64,000 nt of DNA from an uncultured bacterium (GTDB lineage: Bacteria; Hydrothermota; Hydrothermia; WGAB01). The translations under genes were made by a program, and so were the position numbers. The notes below the pieces were generated by a model, which worked only from the letters and a program-made list of their open reading frames with translations, was not told where the DNA came from and searched no databases. Shown here piece after piece: positions 29,862 through 38,444 of the stretch. The stretch spans positions 38,665 to 102,664 of the forward strand of contig CAYOQK010000021.1 in assembly GCA_964406105.1 (NCBI GenBank), written 5' to 3'. How positions within the stretch are numbered: position 1 is the stretch's first letter; each line of letters begins with the position of its first letter.

Positions 29862-30652
29862 GAAGGATCCATCCCACAGCCGTGGTTCATCCCCGGGCAG
29901 AGATCGCCGAAGAGGTGGAGATCGGCGCCTACGCTGTGATCGGGCCCCAGGTGCGGATTGGACGAGGTACCCAGATCCAGAGCCATGTGCGCATTGAGGG
30001 CCGGGTGACCATCGGCGAGTACAACCGGATTTACCACGCCGCCGCCATCGGCATGCCCCCCCAAGACGTGACGTACCAGGGAGAGGAAACCGAGGTGGTC
30101 ATTGGACACCACAACCTAATCCGCGAGTTCGCCACCATTCACCGGGCCACGGGGGCCGGAGAGCGTACGGTGATCGGCGACCATAACTTCATCATGGCGT
30201 ATGCCCATGTGGCCCACAACTGCCAAGTGGGTTCCCACGTGATCCTGGTGAACAGTGCCCAACTGGCGGGCCACGTGGTGGTGGAGGACTACGCCTTTAT
30301 CTCCGGCTTGGTGGGGGTGCACCAGTTCGCGCGCATCGGCGCCCATGCCATGGTGGGCGGCATGAGCCGCATCAATCTGGACGTGCCCCCGTACATGCTC
30401 GTGGAGGGCAACCCGCCCCGGGTGTACGGTCCGAACCTGGTGGGACTTCGGCGACGGGGGTTTCCTCGGGAGGTGATCGCTGCCCTCAAAGAGGCGTATC
30501 GCCGCATCTACCGTACTCCAGGGCTCCCGTTGGAAGAGGCGCTGGAGCAACTCCTGGCGGAGTACGGCCATTTCCCGGAGATCCAGCACCTGGTGCGCTT
30601 CTTCCGAACGAGCCGACGGGGAGTGATCAAGCGAGCGGGAGGCCGGCGATGA
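29858..30652 (+). CDS. lpxA: Acyl-ACP--UDP-N-acetylglucosamine acyltransferase
   Basis: IHPTAVV, PQD, REFATIHR, HVAHNC, LAGHV, HQF, DVPPY, NLVGLRRRGF. Confidence 0.97.
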   Translation: MRRIHPTAVVHPRAEIAEEVEIGAYAVIGPQVRIGRGTQIQSHVRIEGRVTIGEYNRIYHAAAIGMPPQDVTYQGEETEVVIGHHNLIREFATIHRATGAGERTVIGDHNFIMAYAHVAHNCQVGSHVILVNSAQLAGHVVVEDYAFISGLVGVHQFARIGAHAMVGGMSRINLDVPPYMLVEGNPPRVYGPNLVGLRRRGFPREVIAALKEAYRRIYRTPGLPLEEALEQLLAEYGHFPEIQHLVRFFRTSRRGVIKRAGGRR

Positions 30653-31584
30653 TCCGCACCGGCGTGGTGGGCGTGGGCCATTTGGGCTCCGTGCACGCTC
30701 GGATCTTGGCTACATTGGAGGAGTCCCAACTGGTGGGGGTGTATGACATCATCTCCGAACGGGCCCAAGCGGTGGCGCGGCAGTGGAACGTGCAGGCTTT
30801 TCCCTCCCTGGAAGCCCTTTTGGAGGCGGTGGAAGCGGTATCGGTGGTGACCCCTACAGAAACCCACTACCCTGTGGCCCGGCGGGTGCTGGAAGCAGGC
30901 CGGCACCTGTTCCTGGAGAAACCCATGACCCAACATCTGGAAGAAGCCCGTGCCCTGGTGGATCTCGCCCGAAGACAGGGCGTGCGGTTCCAGGTGGGCC
31001 ACGTGGAACGCTTTAATCCGGCAGTATTGGCCGTGCGCGATTGGGTCCACAACCCCCGATTCATTGAAAGTCACCGGCTCACCCTGTTCCCTGGCCGGGG
31101 TACAGATGTGGACGTGGTTCTGGACCTCATGATCCACGACCTGGACCTGGTGCTGTATTTCGTGGGCCCCCAGGAGATAGAGTTCCTGGACGCGGTGGGG
31201 GTGCCCGTGCTCACCCACAAGGTGGACATTGCCAATGCACGGTTACGATTCAAAAACGGGTGTACCGTGAACCTGACGGCCTCGCGAGTGTATTCCTCGC
31301 ATATGCGGAAGTTCCGCATCTTTCAACGTGACACCTACATCTCGCTGGACACCCGAAAGAAGGACGTAGAGGTGTACATCCTCAGGGACGGCACCGTTTT
31401 GCCCTATTTCCCCGAAGTGGACCGGAGCCAGGAACCCTTGGCCCTGGAACTGCGGGCCTTCCTGCAGGCCATCCAGCATCGGCAGGATCCTCCAGTGACC
31501 GGTGAGGACGGTCTCCGTGCCCTGGAGCTCGCCCACCGGATCCTGGACACCATCCACGAAAACCTGAAGCGATATGAGGTCTGA
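30649..31584 (+). CDS. Gfo/Idh/MocA oxidoreductase coupled to lpxA (GnnA-like)
   Basis: GVVGVGHLG, LEKPM, VGHVERFNPA, IESHRL, DVVLDLMIHDLD, DIANARL. ATGA overlap with lpxA. Confidence 0.85.
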   Translation: MIRTGVVGVGHLGSVHARILATLEESQLVGVYDIISERAQAVARQWNVQAFPSLEALLEAVEAVSVVTPTETHYPVARRVLEAGRHLFLEKPMTQHLEEARALVDLARRQGVRFQVGHVERFNPAVLAVRDWVHNPRFIESHRLTLFPGRGTDVDVVLDLMIHDLDLVLYFVGPQEIEFLDAVGVPVLTHKVDIANARLRFKNGCTVNLTASRVYSSHMRKFRIFQRDTYISLDTRKKDVEVYILRDGTVLPYFPEVDRSQEPLALELRAFLQAIQHRQDPPVTGEDGLRALELAHRILDTIHENLKRYEV

Positions 31585-32173
31585 GCGGCGGGGTGTGCGC
31601 TGGGGGCAACGGCTGTTCCGGATCCGGAGTTATGCCGGGGTGCCGCTGGTTCTGCTGGCGTTGCTGGTGGGACAAGCCGGGGTGGAGGAATGGATCGCTG
31701 GCCTGGGTTTGATCTTTGTAGGTGAGCTCCTGCGCCTTGTGGCTGTGGCCTTTACCGGCCCCACCACCCGATCCCGACGGATCCAGGCTCCTCAACTCGT
31801 CACCCGGGGGCCTTATCGCTACACCCGCAATCCCATCTACCTGGGCAACTTCTTTCTGGGGGCCGGCTTTTTGATGGTCCTGGCCGGCACCACCCTTTGG
31901 CTGTGGGTGATGTACCTGGTGCTTTTCTGGGTAGAGTATGTGCTCATCGTGGAAGCCGAGGAGGCCTACCTGGAAGAGAAGTTCGGTGAAACCTATCGCC
32001 GGTACCGCCAGGAAACCCCCCGGTTCGTTCCCGTGCCAGGGCGGCACAGTCAGAGGTCTTTGGGACCTGAGCCCGATTGGAGCCTGGCGATCCGATCGGA
32101 AAGGAGCACCCTGCTGTTAATCCTGGGCATTCTATTGCTGGCCCTTCTAAAAGCCACCCTTTTGAAAACCTAA
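31574..32173 (+). CDS. ICMT/PEMT-family membrane methyltransferase (LmtA-like)
   Basis: LFRIRSY, LVTRGPYRYTRNPIYLGNF, EEAYLEEKFG..Y..Y...PRFVP. Confidence 0.8.
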   Translation: MRSERRGVRWGQRLFRIRSYAGVPLVLLALLVGQAGVEEWIAGLGLIFVGELLRLVAVAFTGPTTRSRRIQAPQLVTRGPYRYTRNPIYLGNFFLGAGFLMVLAGTTLWLWVMYLVLFWVEYVLIVEAEEAYLEEKFGETYRRYRQETPRFVPVPGRHSQRSLGPEPDWSLAIRSERSTLLLILGILLLALLKATLLKT

Positions 32174-32231
32174 CCCCATGCTTGAAGACCCAGCCCATCT
32201 TGGTACTTCTTGGGTTGAGAGGGCAGAAGTG

Positions 32232-32260
32232 TTGCCCAGGGCCGCAGTTCGTCCTATACT
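32232..32260 (+). promoter_or_regulatory. sigma70 promoter, leaderless GTG start
   Basis: TTGCCC-17-TATACT-6 nt-GTG. Confidence 0.75.
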
Positions 32261-32266
32261 CAGGGC

Positions 32267-32860
32267 GTGAAACGCAAAAACGTACCCTCTCAGGAGCCCT
32301 GGGTGCCGGCGCGTCCCCTCGGCCCCCAAGGACGCCTGTGGGTGGCTCTTATCCTGTTGGGCATCGCTTTGCTCTGGCTCCTTTGGGCCGATGCCCACGC
32401 CTCTCTGCCCGCCCGGGTCCCCTCCCACTTCAACTTTAAGGGACAAGCCGACGATTACGGCGGAAAGGGCCACCTGTTGTTCATCACCCTCTGCTTTACG
32501 TTGGTGTCCCTGTCTTTGCTGGTGCTGGTTAGGTTCCGGTTTCTGCTGGTGAACCGCTGGCCGGAACTTTTGAACCTTCCCGCCTTTTTCCTGTACGCGC
32601 CCCTGTTGCCACCCGAGCGCAGGGCCGTATGGCTCAACCGTTACTTTGAAACCTTGCTGTTTCTGGATGTGGAGCTCACGGCCTATTTCTTGCTGGTGCA
32701 GTGGGGGCTGGTGCAGGGCGCCCGCACGGGGCAACTCCCCCCTTGGTTTACGCCTGTAGCCCTGGCGTTCCCCTTGGTACTGATCCTGCCAGGGCTGCTC
32801 CAGTTCTTCCGATTGGGCCGCCAATTGCGCGAGGAGAGTAAACGATACACTGCCCCATAG
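32267..32860 (+). CDS. DUF1648-type membrane protein
   Basis: LPARVPSHFNFKGQADDYGGK after TM1, then three further TMs. Confidence 0.75.
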   Translation: MKRKNVPSQEPWVPARPLGPQGRLWVALILLGIALLWLLWADAHASLPARVPSHFNFKGQADDYGGKGHLLFITLCFTLVSLSLLVLVRFRFLLVNRWPELLNLPAFFLYAPLLPPERRAVWLNRYFETLLFLDVELTAYFLLVQWGLVQGARTGQLPPWFTPVALAFPLVLILPGLLQFFRLGRQLREESKRYTAP

Positions 32861-32880
32861 CCTGTGGAGGCAGCCCGGAG

Positions 32881-33060
32881 TTACCTTTGGGAGGGATCGG
32901 AAAGCCGGTGGATCTTGCCTTGGCGGACCTCCACACGTTCTCCCTCAAAGAGAATCTGGAAACCAGAGGCCTCGGCCAAGTCCCGATAGTTGAAGCGGAC
33001 CCGCTCTCCGGTATCCAAACGCAGCAGGCCTTGCCCCAGGTTCTCGTCAAAGAACACCAC
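32881..33060 (-). CDS. Small cold-shock-domain-like OB-fold protein (start uncertain)
   Basis: GIVVFFDENLGQGLL..RVRFNYRDL..GFQILFEGERVEV follows the CSD pattern GxVKWF..KGFGFI..VFVH..GFxxLxEGxxVEF. Confidence 0.55.
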   Translation of the reverse strand: MVFFDENLGQGLLRLDTGERVRFNYRDLAEASGFQILFEGERVEVRQGKIHRLSDPSQR

Positions 33061-33085
33061 GATGCCCCGGGCGCCTTCGGGTAAC

Positions 33086-34372
33086 CTACTTTTGGGGGGC
33101 CTGGGCTTCTCCGGTGGTGTCTTGGATTTCAAGGTGGAACTGCTGTTCCAGCTCCTGGACCTTTTGGGTGAGGTCGTCTTTATACTGCACGCCGTACTTC
33201 TTGCGGAGCTCCTGACGGAAGGCTTCCCAGCGCTTCTTCTCGGCTTCTCTACGCAGCCGGTTCTCAATGGTGTGTCGCACGTTCTCCAGCGGCCGGTAGG
33301 ATTCCGGCGTGAGTTTCTCCACCTTCACGATGGCGAATTTCCCGTCCTTCAGCGGGATGATGCCCGAGATCTGCCCTTCCTTCATCTTGAACACCACGTG
33401 GGCGATCTCCTCGGGCTTGGTGGAGGGGGTGAATCCCCGGATCAGCCCGCCGTTGGCGGCTTCAGGGGACTGGGACCGCGCCTTGGCCAGGGAATCAAAG
33501 GGTGCTCCCTCGTGCAGCAGGTTCAGGATCTCCTGGGCCTCTTCGCGGGAGTTCACCACGATGCGACGGATATCAGCCCGGGCCGGCATTTTGAATTCTT
33601 CCTTGTGCTGTCGGTAGTACTTTTCAATATCGGCGTCGGAGATCTGGACCTTGTTTTTGACCTCTTCTTCGTACAGGGCCCGTTGCAGGATCTGGGCCCG
33701 AGCCCGCCGCAGCTGTTGCCGCACGTTCTCCTTGAGGTACAGTTTGCGGGCCTCCGCCTCCTGGGTCATCAGGATTTCGTCAATCATGCGGTCCAGCAGA
33801 TTTTTCCGGCCCTCGGGTGTTTCGTACTTGCCGCGGAACAGCGGAGGCATTTCCTCAATTCGGGCGTCCACCTCCACCTTTGTGATGGGCACATCGCCCA
33901 CAATGGCTTCCACCTCTTTGAAGTTCTTTTTGAAGGCCTCTTCTACGCCATCCAAGGCGTCTTCAAAGTAGGGGCTTTTGGGGAACCGTGTGGCCACGGT
34001 TTCAAAGGCACGGGCCGCATCCACGTACCGGCCGAGTTCCATGTACGTGAGCCCCAGCAGGTAATACACCCGATCCATCTTACGGTAGTTTTCGCCATAC
34101 AGCGCCTTCGCTTGCATCAGGTGCACCAGGGCGCTGTCGGGATTCTTCAGGGCTTCATCGTCGCTGAGCTCCAGGGCAGCGAGCTCGGTGAGGATCTCAA
34201 ACCGCAGGTCCTTTTTAGGGTTTTCCTTTAGGGCCTGGTGCAGCAGTTGGTACGCTTGGGCCTTGAGGCCCTTCTGCTCCAGGGTTCGGGCTTCTTTGAG
34301 GAGCTCTTGGGGGTTGGCAAAGGCCAGGCCAGCCAAGGCCAGCAGGGTTGTGAGAAACACCATACGCTTCAT
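33086..34372 (-). CDS. Exported PpiC/parvulin peptidyl-prolyl isomerase with N-terminal TPR (SurA/PrsA-like)
   Basis: Signal peptide, TPR (YYLLGLTYMELGRY), SurA-N-like helices, FDSLAKARS..NGGLI. SD AGGAGG. Confidence 0.85.
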   Translation of the reverse strand: MKRMVFLTTLLALAGLAFANPQELLKEARTLEQKGLKAQAYQLLHQALKENPKKDLRFEILTELAALELSDDEALKNPDSALVHLMQAKALYGENYRKMDRVYYLLGLTYMELGRYVDAARAFETVATRFPKSPYFEDALDGVEEAFKKNFKEVEAIVGDVPITKVEVDARIEEMPPLFRGKYETPEGRKNLLDRMIDEILMTQEAEARKLYLKENVRQQLRRARAQILQRALYEEEVKNKVQISDADIEKYYRQHKEEFKMPARADIRRIVVNSREEAQEILNLLHEGAPFDSLAKARSQSPEAANGGLIRGFTPSTKPEEIAHVVFKMKEGQISGIIPLKDGKFAIVKVEKLTPESYRPLENVRHTIENRLRREAEKKRWEAFRQELRKKYGVQYKDDLTQKVQELEQQFHLEIQDTTGEAQAPQK

Positions 34373-34388
34373 AGGAATCGCCTCCTTT

Positions 34389-34982
34389 TCATAGGTGCAA
34401 GCCCCCGAGCAGGAGTCCGCTTGCCAAGGGAACCCACAGGTTGTCGTCCGGGGGCGGGCTCAAGGCCTCCATTCCGGTGGCCACAAGAACGGCCATAATT
34501 TTAACGGATACAGGGATTTGCGGGAACCAAAGGGCCACCAAGGCACCGGTGATCAAAAAGGCCAGGCTCCCCTCTACGGTTTTCGTGCCGATGCGGCGGG
34601 TCCCCCAGCGCATGCCCACCATGGCAGCCACAGGGTCGGCCAGGGAAGCCATGAAGAGGGCAAAGGCTGCCTTGGGCGGCGGAAGGGTCCAGGCCAGCAG
34701 CGTGGCACTCAACAGAAGCCAGGTGGCCCCGGTGATCCGATGGCCCCGCTCCTGGGGTTTCATCCACACCCCCACCAACCCGTGGAACCATCGGCGGAAA
34801 CCCGGCCGGTGGAACCGCAGCAGTTCCGCTGTCAAGGCGGTGACCAGCAGCAGGGGCAGGGCGAACCGGAAGAACAGGGCACCCTTGGGCCCCATCATCA
34901 AACCCACAGGGATCACGTTGGCCAGGAGATGGATCCCCTTCCGCAGATACGGAGCCCGGGAGTTTACCGCTATGGGAGCCAA
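34389..34982 (-). CDS. CTP-dependent polyprenol/diacylglycerol kinase family (SEC59/DGK1/VTE5-like); start approximate
   Basis: RKGIH, LADPVAAMVG..G...KTVEGSLAF, DDNLWVP. Confidence 0.8.
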   Translation of the reverse strand: MAPIAVNSRAPYLRKGIHLLANVIPVGLMMGPKGALFFRFALPLLLVTALTAELLRFHRPGFRRWFHGLVGVWMKPQERGHRITGATWLLLSATLLAWTLPPPKAAFALFMASLADPVAAMVGMRWGTRRIGTKTVEGSLAFLITGALVALWFPQIPVSVKIMAVLVATGMEALSPPPDDNLWVPLASGLLLGGLHL

Positions 34983-35917
34983 AGGGCCAGGGATACCCGA
35001 TGGGAGTTTTTGAGGTCTGCGTGGCCCATAAAGGCGTAGTCCAGGGTGAGCCCTCGGTATCGGAGTCCTCCGCCCAGGGTGGGGTTGCCACGATCCAAGC
35101 CGGCACGCAAGGATACTGCGGGGTGGGGCCGCCATTCCGCGCCCACATGGAGGTCCAGGGAAAGCGGACCCAAGGCTAAAGCCGCGGCGTCACCGTAGTT
35201 TTCCATATGGGTTTCCAGGTCCAGCAAGATCCGCAGACCCTCAGACCCCACCGCTCCACCCAACACCAGCGAGGGCACGAGCCACTCCCGGGTGCCCGTG
35301 GACCAGAAGAGGGGGGTGGGCAGGGGATTGTGGACCGTCAGCCCAAAGGACCAGGGGAACGAGGACCATTGGATCCCCAGGTCCAACCCTAAGCCATAGG
35401 CGGTTTCCACACCAGCATTTTGGTACAGGAGCTTCAAGAGCAGGCCGGCTTGGACCCCATGAAGCCGCCGGGCAAAGCCAAGCTTGAAGGCCATGCTGCG
35501 GTACGCCACCTCTTCGCGAACCACAGGGGGATTATCCTCTCCCAAGGAATCATCGGGCTGCGAGAGCTCGGTGAGTTTGATGCCCGGGGATTGGAACAGG
35601 TACATGCCGACCCCTAACCACGTGTTTTCGCCCAGCAGGCGAGGCGTAGCCCAGGCCAAGTGGTCGGTGGTGTGGAGCCCGCCGAAGTAACTCCCGTGGA
35701 GGAAACCCAGCGCATGGGAGCCCGGAGTGCCTGCCAGGCCAGCCACGTTCCAATCCAGAGCAGCAGGACCCTGAACCACCGCAACCCCCGCACTGCCCAG
35801 GGCCAGGTAAGAGGCTTGATTTCCGAAGGACCACACCTCGTCGGCGTATTTCGCCGCCCAAAGAGGAAACCCTAAGAACAGAGGAAGCAGCGTCCAAACA
35901 CCTCGCATGATGATCAC
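34970..35917 (-). CDS. PorV/PorQ-like (UPF0164/FadL-like) outer-membrane beta-barrel
   Basis: Signal peptide, LALGSAGVAVVQGPAALDWNVAGLA, GLGLDLGI, VSLRAG, LDYAF, SHRVSL. Confidence 0.72.
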   Translation of the reverse strand: MIIMRGVWTLLPLFLGFPLWAAKYADEVWSFGNQASYLALGSAGVAVVQGPAALDWNVAGLAGTPGSHALGFLHGSYFGGLHTTDHLAWATPRLLGENTWLGVGMYLFQSPGIKLTELSQPDDSLGEDNPPVVREEVAYRSMAFKLGFARRLHGVQAGLLLKLLYQNAGVETAYGLGLDLGIQWSSFPWSFGLTVHNPLPTPLFWSTGTREWLVPSLVLGGAVGSEGLRILLDLETHMENYGDAAALALGPLSLDLHVGAEWRPHPAVSLRAGLDRGNPTLGGGLRYRGLTLDYAFMGHADLKNSHRVSLALWLP

Positions 35918-35925
35918 CGCGCCCT

Positions 35926-35954
35926 ATGGTATGCCCAATGGCGTGTGAATTCAA
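35926..35954 (-). promoter_or_regulatory. sigma70 promoter of the PorV-like operon
   Basis: TTGAAT-17-TACCAT-8 nt-GTG. Confidence 0.65.
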
Positions 35955-36017
35955 CGGCCTTTCCCCTTGTATTGTTCCGCGGGCCACGAACCCTGCCCAA
36001 TGGGATTTTGGAATTTC

Positions 36018-36046
36018 TTGAGGCCTCTTGGGGGGCCACGTATAAT
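36018..36046 (+). promoter_or_regulatory. sigma70 promoter of ftsK (leaderless)
   Basis: TTGAGG-17-TATAAT-7 nt-ATG. Confidence 0.8.
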
Positions 36047-36053
36047 TGACTGG

Positions 36054-38444
36054 ATGGGCGAAGCACTGATTTTCGTGGGGGGCCTGCTCTTCTTGGGCCT
36101 GCTCGTGTGGTTGGCCAACACCCCGATGCACCGCACTTGGCGGCTGGCCTTCCGGCTGGCCGTGTTTACCTTGGGGGTTCTGTTGGTCGCCAGCCTGGCA
36201 GGAGGCATAGGCCTGCTGGGAGGGCGTTGGGTGGGCTCCATGGGGCTCAAAACCGCCCAATGGCTCTTGTACCATTGGGGGTTCGGCCCGGCGCTGCTCT
36301 TCATTTTGTACCTGTGGAGCCTGGCCTGGATGCCCACGGAACGGGCCCGCACCTTTGCGTGGAAAGGGGCCTTGGCCTGGCTGTCCCTGTACTTTCTACT
36401 GACCCTGGGGCCCTTGTGGATGGGAAGTACAGAGTTCACCGGAGTGCTGCAGGACCGGTGGGCTGCCCACCTTCAACGTAGCTTGGGACTCTTTGGAGGA
36501 ACCGTCGTGCTCCTCTTCTTCGCAGGCTTGGCCGCTACCCCCCTCTGGCCCACCCGATGGCCCCGTTTGCGAAGGCCCCGCCTTCCCAGGCTTCGGCTCC
36601 GGTGGTTCAAAAAAAAACCCCGTGAGCTCTCCCCCCCAGAAACCCCATCCCCTCCTGCTCCGGTCCCTTCTGACCCTTCCCCGAAGGAGCCCCCTCCTCC
36701 TGCCCCGCCTGCTGAACCACCTACCCCATCCCAGGCTGCTCCTCCCCCCACCCTGCCGGATACCGATGCGCTCATGACCCTGTTGGACAAGCCTGCGGTG
36801 ACCTCGGAGGTGGACGAGGCCGAACTGGAACGGGTGGCCCGGCAGATTGAAGAAAAACTGCAGGAGTTCCGGGCCAGTGGCCGGGTGGTGGATTACAAAC
36901 CGGGCCCGGTGGTCACGCGATACGAGTTTGAACCGGATCCTGGGGTGAAGATCTCCCGAGTGGTGAGCCTCGCGGACGACCTGGCTTTGAAGATCAAAAC
37001 CAGCCATGTACGCATTGTGGCCCCACTCCCAGACACCGGCCGCATTGGCATTGAGATCCCCAACAAGAAGCGCAAGATCGTGTACTTCAGTCATTTGGCC
37101 CAGGAGCCCGATTTCCGCAGGATGAAGTCCCGCCTGGGTTTTGTGCTGGGTGTGGACACCTCGGGCCATCCAGTGTTTGCCGACCTGGCCCGTATGCCCC
37201 ATCTGCTGATCGCTGGCGCTACCGGGAGCGGGAAATCCGTATGCATCAACACCATCCTCACCTCTATCCTGTTCCGGGCCTCCCCCAAGGAGGTTCGGTT
37301 CCTGCTCATTGATCCCAAGCGCATTGAACTCTCCTACTATGAGGGGATTCCCCACTTGCTGGTTCCGGTGGTGAAGGACCGGGAACAGGCGGTGGCCGCA
37401 CTGAACCAGGCGGTGCGTTGGATGGAACTGCGGTATCGCCACTTTGCCCAGGACGGAGTGCGCGATATTGAAAGCCACAATCGCTCGGCCCAGGCTCGGG
37501 GCGACGAACCCGTGCCCTACATTGTCATCATCATTGACGAGTTTGCCGACCTGATCCTTTCCACTGGCCGGAAGGTGGAAGAACCCTTGGCCCGACTGGC
37601 CCAGATGGCCCGGGCTGTGGGGATCCACCTGGTGGTGGCCACCCAGCGCCCCTCGGTGGACGTGATCACGGGCATCATCAAGGCCAATTTCCCGGTGCGC
37701 ATTGCCTTCAAGGTGCCCTCCAAGGTGGACTCCCGAACCATCTTGGACGAGATGGGGGCCGAAAAACTGCTGGGCCGCGGGGACATGCTCTTCATTCCTC
37801 CAGGAGCCTCCGAGCCCACCCGGATCCACGGGGCCTTCATCTCGGAGGAAGAAACCAAACGCATCACCCGGAGCCTCCAGCAAGCCTATCTCCAACAGAA
37901 GTTCCAGGAAACCTTTGGCGCTGGCCCCTGGGACCAGGTGGCCTCGCAGATCTTGGACGCAGGCCACCTGGCTGCCCTAACCCGGGACGACGAGCCTGGC
38001 GGACGGGAACGCCTGGACCTGATCGCCCGCCGGATCCTTCATCCTGTCCTCCAACGGCCTGTGCCCGAGATCCTGGCACTGCTGGAACAGATCCGCGACC
38101 ACTACTACGAACCCATTGAGGAGATGCTGGAAGCCCCCATCCCCGTCGGTCTCAGCGAGGAGGACGACGAAGAAATGGACCTGGGGGAAGGGCTGGATCC
38201 CCTACTGTTGCAAGCGGCGAAGATTGCCACATCCCGCAAAACCCTTTCCGCTACCCTGCTCCAACGAAAACTCAAGATCGGCTTCGCCCGGGCCGCACGG
38301 ATCATGGACCAACTGGAAGAGCTGGGCGTGGTGGGCCCCCAAGAGGGGTCCAAGCCTCGCCAGGTGCTCTTGACCTATGAGGAATTCCAAACCCGGCTGG
38401 TGGGTCGTCAGCAGAACCCACCCTCCGAAGAGCCCCCAGGATGA
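36054..38444 (+). CDS. ftsK: FtsK/SpoIIIE DNA translocase
   Basis: N-terminal TMs, Pro-rich linker, GPVVTRYE, PHLLIAGATGSGKSV, IDPKRIEL, DEFADL, ATQRPSVDVITG, gamma domain IGFARAARIMDQLE. Confidence 0.96.
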   Translation: MGEALIFVGGLLFLGLLVWLANTPMHRTWRLAFRLAVFTLGVLLVASLAGGIGLLGGRWVGSMGLKTAQWLLYHWGFGPALLFILYLWSLAWMPTERARTFAWKGALAWLSLYFLLTLGPLWMGSTEFTGVLQDRWAAHLQRSLGLFGGTVVLLFFAGLAATPLWPTRWPRLRRPRLPRLRLRWFKKKPRELSPPETPSPPAPVPSDPSPKEPPPPAPPAEPPTPSQAAPPPTLPDTDALMTLLDKPAVTSEVDEAELERVARQIEEKLQEFRASGRVVDYKPGPVVTRYEFEPDPGVKISRVVSLADDLALKIKTSHVRIVAPLPDTGRIGIEIPNKKRKIVYFSHLAQEPDFRRMKSRLGFVLGVDTSGHPVFADLARMPHLLIAGATGSGKSVCINTILTSILFRASPKEVRFLLIDPKRIELSYYEGIPHLLVPVVKDREQAVAALNQAVRWMELRYRHFAQDGVRDIESHNRSAQARGDEPVPYIVIIIDEFADLILSTGRKVEEPLARLAQMARAVGIHLVVATQRPSVDVITGIIKANFPVRIAFKVPSKVDSRTILDEMGAEKLLGRGDMLFIPPGASEPTRIHGAFISEEETKRITRSLQQAYLQQKFQETFGAGPWDQVASQILDAGHLAALTRDDEPGGRERLDLIARRILHPVLQRPVPEILALLEQIRDHYYEPIEEMLEAPIPVGLSEEDDEEMDLGEGLDPLLLQAAKIATSRKTLSATLLQRKLKIGFARAARIMDQLEELGVVGPQEGSKPRQVLLTYEEFQTRLVGRQQNPPSEEPPG

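Noticed and set aside
36600-36770. C-rich repeat-like DNA
   Set aside because: It encodes the ordinary Pro-rich FtsK linker.
36396-37967. Long antisense ORFs (523 aa here; also 32990-34231, 46102-47166, 61481-62650, 4044-5054, 10424-11317)
   Set aside because: They shadow well-supported genes on the other strand, which is expected in GC-rich DNA, and show no motifs.
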